From assembly GCF_044647545.1 (NCBI RefSeq), contig NZ_CP172818.1: a stretch of 64,000 nucleotides of DNA; one strand, written 5' to 3'. The stretch is from Escherichia coli. GTDB lineage: Bacteria > Pseudomonadota > Gammaproteobacteria > Enterobacterales > Enterobacteriaceae. This document shows, in pieces, positions 61,890-64,000 of this stretch; positions within the stretch are counted from its first letter, which is position 1; every line of letters starts with the position of its first letter. The notes beneath the pieces were generated by a model. It was not told the origin of the DNA. It searched no databases and saw only the letters and a list, made by a program, of their open reading frames with translations. A program made the translations under genes and the position numbers.

Positions 61890-63968
61890 ATGTCATATAC
61901 ACCGATGAGTGATCTCGGACAACAAGGGTTGTTCGACATCACTCGGACACTATTGCAGCAGCCCGATCTGGCCTCGCTGTGTGAGGCTCTTTCGCAACTG
62001 GTAAAGCGTTCTGCGCTCGCCGACAACGCGGCTATTGTGTTGTGGCAAGCGCAGACTCAACGTGCGTCTTATTACGCGTCGCGTGAAAAAGACACCCCCA
62101 TTAAATATGAAGACGAAACTGTTCTGGCACACGGTCCGGTACGCAGCATTTTGTCGCGCCCTGATACGCTGCATTGCAGTTACGAAGAATTTTGTGAAAC
62201 CTGGCCGCAGCTGGCCGCAGGTGGGCTATACCCCAAATTTGGTCACTATTGCCTGATGCCACTGGCGGCGGAAGGGCATATTTTTGGTGGCTGTGAATTT
62301 ATTCGTTATGACGATCGCCCGTGGAGTGAAAAAGAGTTCAATCGCCTGCAAACATTTACGCAGATCGTTTCTGTCGTCACCGAACAAATCCAGAGCCGCG
62401 TCGTTAACAATGTCGACTATGAGTTGTTATGCCGGGAACGCGATAACTTCCGCATCCTGGTCGCCATCACCAACGCGGTGCTTTCCCGCCTGGATATGGA
62501 CGAACTGGTCAGCGAAGTCGCCAAAGAAATCCATTACTATTTCGACATTGACGATATCAGCATTGTCTTACGCAGCCACCGTAAAAACAAACTCAACATC
62601 TACTCCACTCACTATCTTGATAAACAGCATCCCGCCCACGAACAGAGCGAAGTCGATGAAGCCGGAACCCTCACCGAACGCGTCTTCAAAAGTAAAGAGA
62701 TGCTGTTGATTAATCTCCACGAGCGGGACGATTTAGCCCCCTATGAACGCATGTTGTTCGACACCTGGGGCAACCAGATTCAAACCTTGTGCCTGTTACC
62801 GCTGATGTCTGGCGACACCATGCTGGGCGTGCTGAAACTGGCGCAATGCGAAGAGAAAGTATTTACCACTACCAATCTGAGCTTACTGCGCCAGATTGCC
62901 GAACGTGTGGCAATCGCTGTCGATAACGCCCTCGCCTATCAGGAAATTCATCGTCTGAAAGAACGGCTGGTTGATGAAAACCTCGCCCTGACCGAGCAGC
63001 TCAACAATGTTGATAGTGAATTTGGCGAGATTATTGGCCGCAGCGAAGCCATGTACAGCGTACTTAAACAAGTTGAAATGGTGGCGCAAAGTGACAGTAC
63101 CGTGCTGATCCTCGGTGAAACTGGTACAGGTAAAGAGCTGATTGCCCGCGCGATCCATAATCTCAGTGGGCGTAATAATCGCCGCATGGTCAAAATGAAC
63201 TGCGCGGCGATGCCTGCCGGATTGCTGGAGAGCGATCTATTTGGTCATGAGCGTGGGGCTTTTACCGGTGCCAGCGCTCAGCGCATTGGTCGTTTTGAAC
63301 TGGCGGATAAAAGCTCACTATTCCTCGATGAAGTGGGCGATATGCCGCTGGAGTTACAGCCGAAGTTGCTGCGTGTATTACAGGAACAGGAGTTTGAACG
63401 TCTTGGCAGCAACAAAATCATTCAGACGGACGTACGTTTAATTGCCGCGACTAACCGCGATCTGAAAAAAATGGTCGCAGACCGAGAGTTCCGTAGCGAT
63501 CTCTATTACCGCCTGAACGTATTCCCGATCCACCTGCCGCCACTACGCGAGCGTCCGGAAGATATTCCGCTGCTGGCGAAAGCCTTTACCTTCAAAATTG
63601 CCCGTCGTCTGGGGCGCAATATCGACAGCATTCCTGCCGAGACGCTGCGCATCCTGAGCAACATGGAATGGCCGTGCAACGTGCGTGAGCTGGAAAACGT
63701 CATTGAGCGCGCGGTATTGCTAACACGCGGCAACGTGCTGCAGCTGTCATTGCCAGATATTGCTTTACCAGAACCTGAAACGCCGCCTGCCGCAACGGTT
63801 GTCGCCCAGGAGGGCGAAGATGAATATCAGTTGATTGTTCGCGTGCTGAAAGAAACCAACGGCGTGGTTGCCGGGCCTAAAGGCGCTGCGCAACGTCTGG
63901 GGCTGAAACGCACGACTCTGCTGTCACGGATGAAGCGACTGGGAATTGATAAATCGGCATTGATTTAA
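61890..63968 (+). CDS. fhlA: formate hydrogenlyase transcriptional activator (sigma54-dependent)
   Basis: ORF track frame 61854..63968; start placed at ATG 61890 (MSYTPMSDLGQQGLFD...); AAA+ sigma54-interaction domain with GAFTGA motif. Confidence 0.95.
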   Translation: MSYTPMSDLGQQGLFDITRTLLQQPDLASLCEALSQLVKRSALADNAAIVLWQAQTQRASYYASREKDTPIKYEDETVLAHGPVRSILSRPDTLHCSYEEFCETWPQLAAGGLYPKFGHYCLMPLAAEGHIFGGCEFIRYDDRPWSEKEFNRLQTFTQIVSVVTEQIQSRVVNNVDYELLCRERDNFRILVAITNAVLSRLDMDELVSEVAKEIHYYFDIDDISIVLRSHRKNKLNIYSTHYLDKQHPAHEQSEVDEAGTLTERVFKSKEMLLINLHERDDLAPYERMLFDTWGNQIQTLCLLPLMSGDTMLGVLKLAQCEEKVFTTTNLSLLRQIAERVAIAVDNALAYQEIHRLKERLVDENLALTEQLNNVDSEFGEIIGRSEAMYSVLKQVEMVAQSDSTVLILGETGTGKELIARAIHNLSGRNNRRMVKMNCAAMPAGLLESDLFGHERGAFTGASAQRIGRFELADKSSLFLDEVGDMPLELQPKLLRVLQEQEFERLGSNKIIQTDVRLIAATNRDLKKMVADREFRSDLYYRLNVFPIHLPPLRERPEDIPLLAKAFTFKIARRLGRNIDSIPAETLRILSNMEWPCNVRELENVIERAVLLTRGNVLQLSLPDIALPEPETPPAATVVAQEGEDEYQLIVRVLKETNGVVAGPKGAAQRLGLKRTTLLSRMKRLGIDKSALI

Positions 63969-64000
63969 CAGATGTGTTATACTCGATCAACATTCAATGA

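Overview
This 64-kb window reads as a contiguous stretch of Escherichia coli core chromosome in K-12-like gene order, from the 3' end of gabD to fhlA. It contains gabD(partial)-gabT-gabP-csiR, kbp(ygaU), yqaE, ygaV-ygaP, stpA, alaE, ygaC, ygaM, nrdHIEF, proVWX, ygaY, ygaZ-ygaH, mprA-emrAB, luxS, the MicA sRNA, gshA, yqaA-yqaB, the serV-argV-argY-argZ-argQ tRNA array, csrA, alaS, recX-recA, pncC, mltB, srlAEBD-gutM-srlR-gutQ, norR/norVW, hypF-hydN, ascG/ascFB, hycIHGFEDCBA and hypABCDE-fhlA. Every long ORF in the six-frame track is either one of these recognised genes or lies antisense to or inside one. I found no integrase, transposase, CRISPR array, phage module or unassigned multi-gene cluster, so I do not see evidence for an undescribed biological system here. 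The observations worth a second look are small-scale: a direct repeat of the tRNA-Arg 3' end beside argQ, an apparently intact ygaY, a 667-bp ORF-free AT-rich region, non-ATG start codons, and several regulatory palindromes. Gene identities come from recognising the translated sequences (established knowledge of E. coli); motifs and coordinates were read directly from the sequence; start codons are inferred from in-frame ATG/GTG/TTG plus Shine-Dalgarno context and are the least certain coordinates. No database search or folding computation was run.
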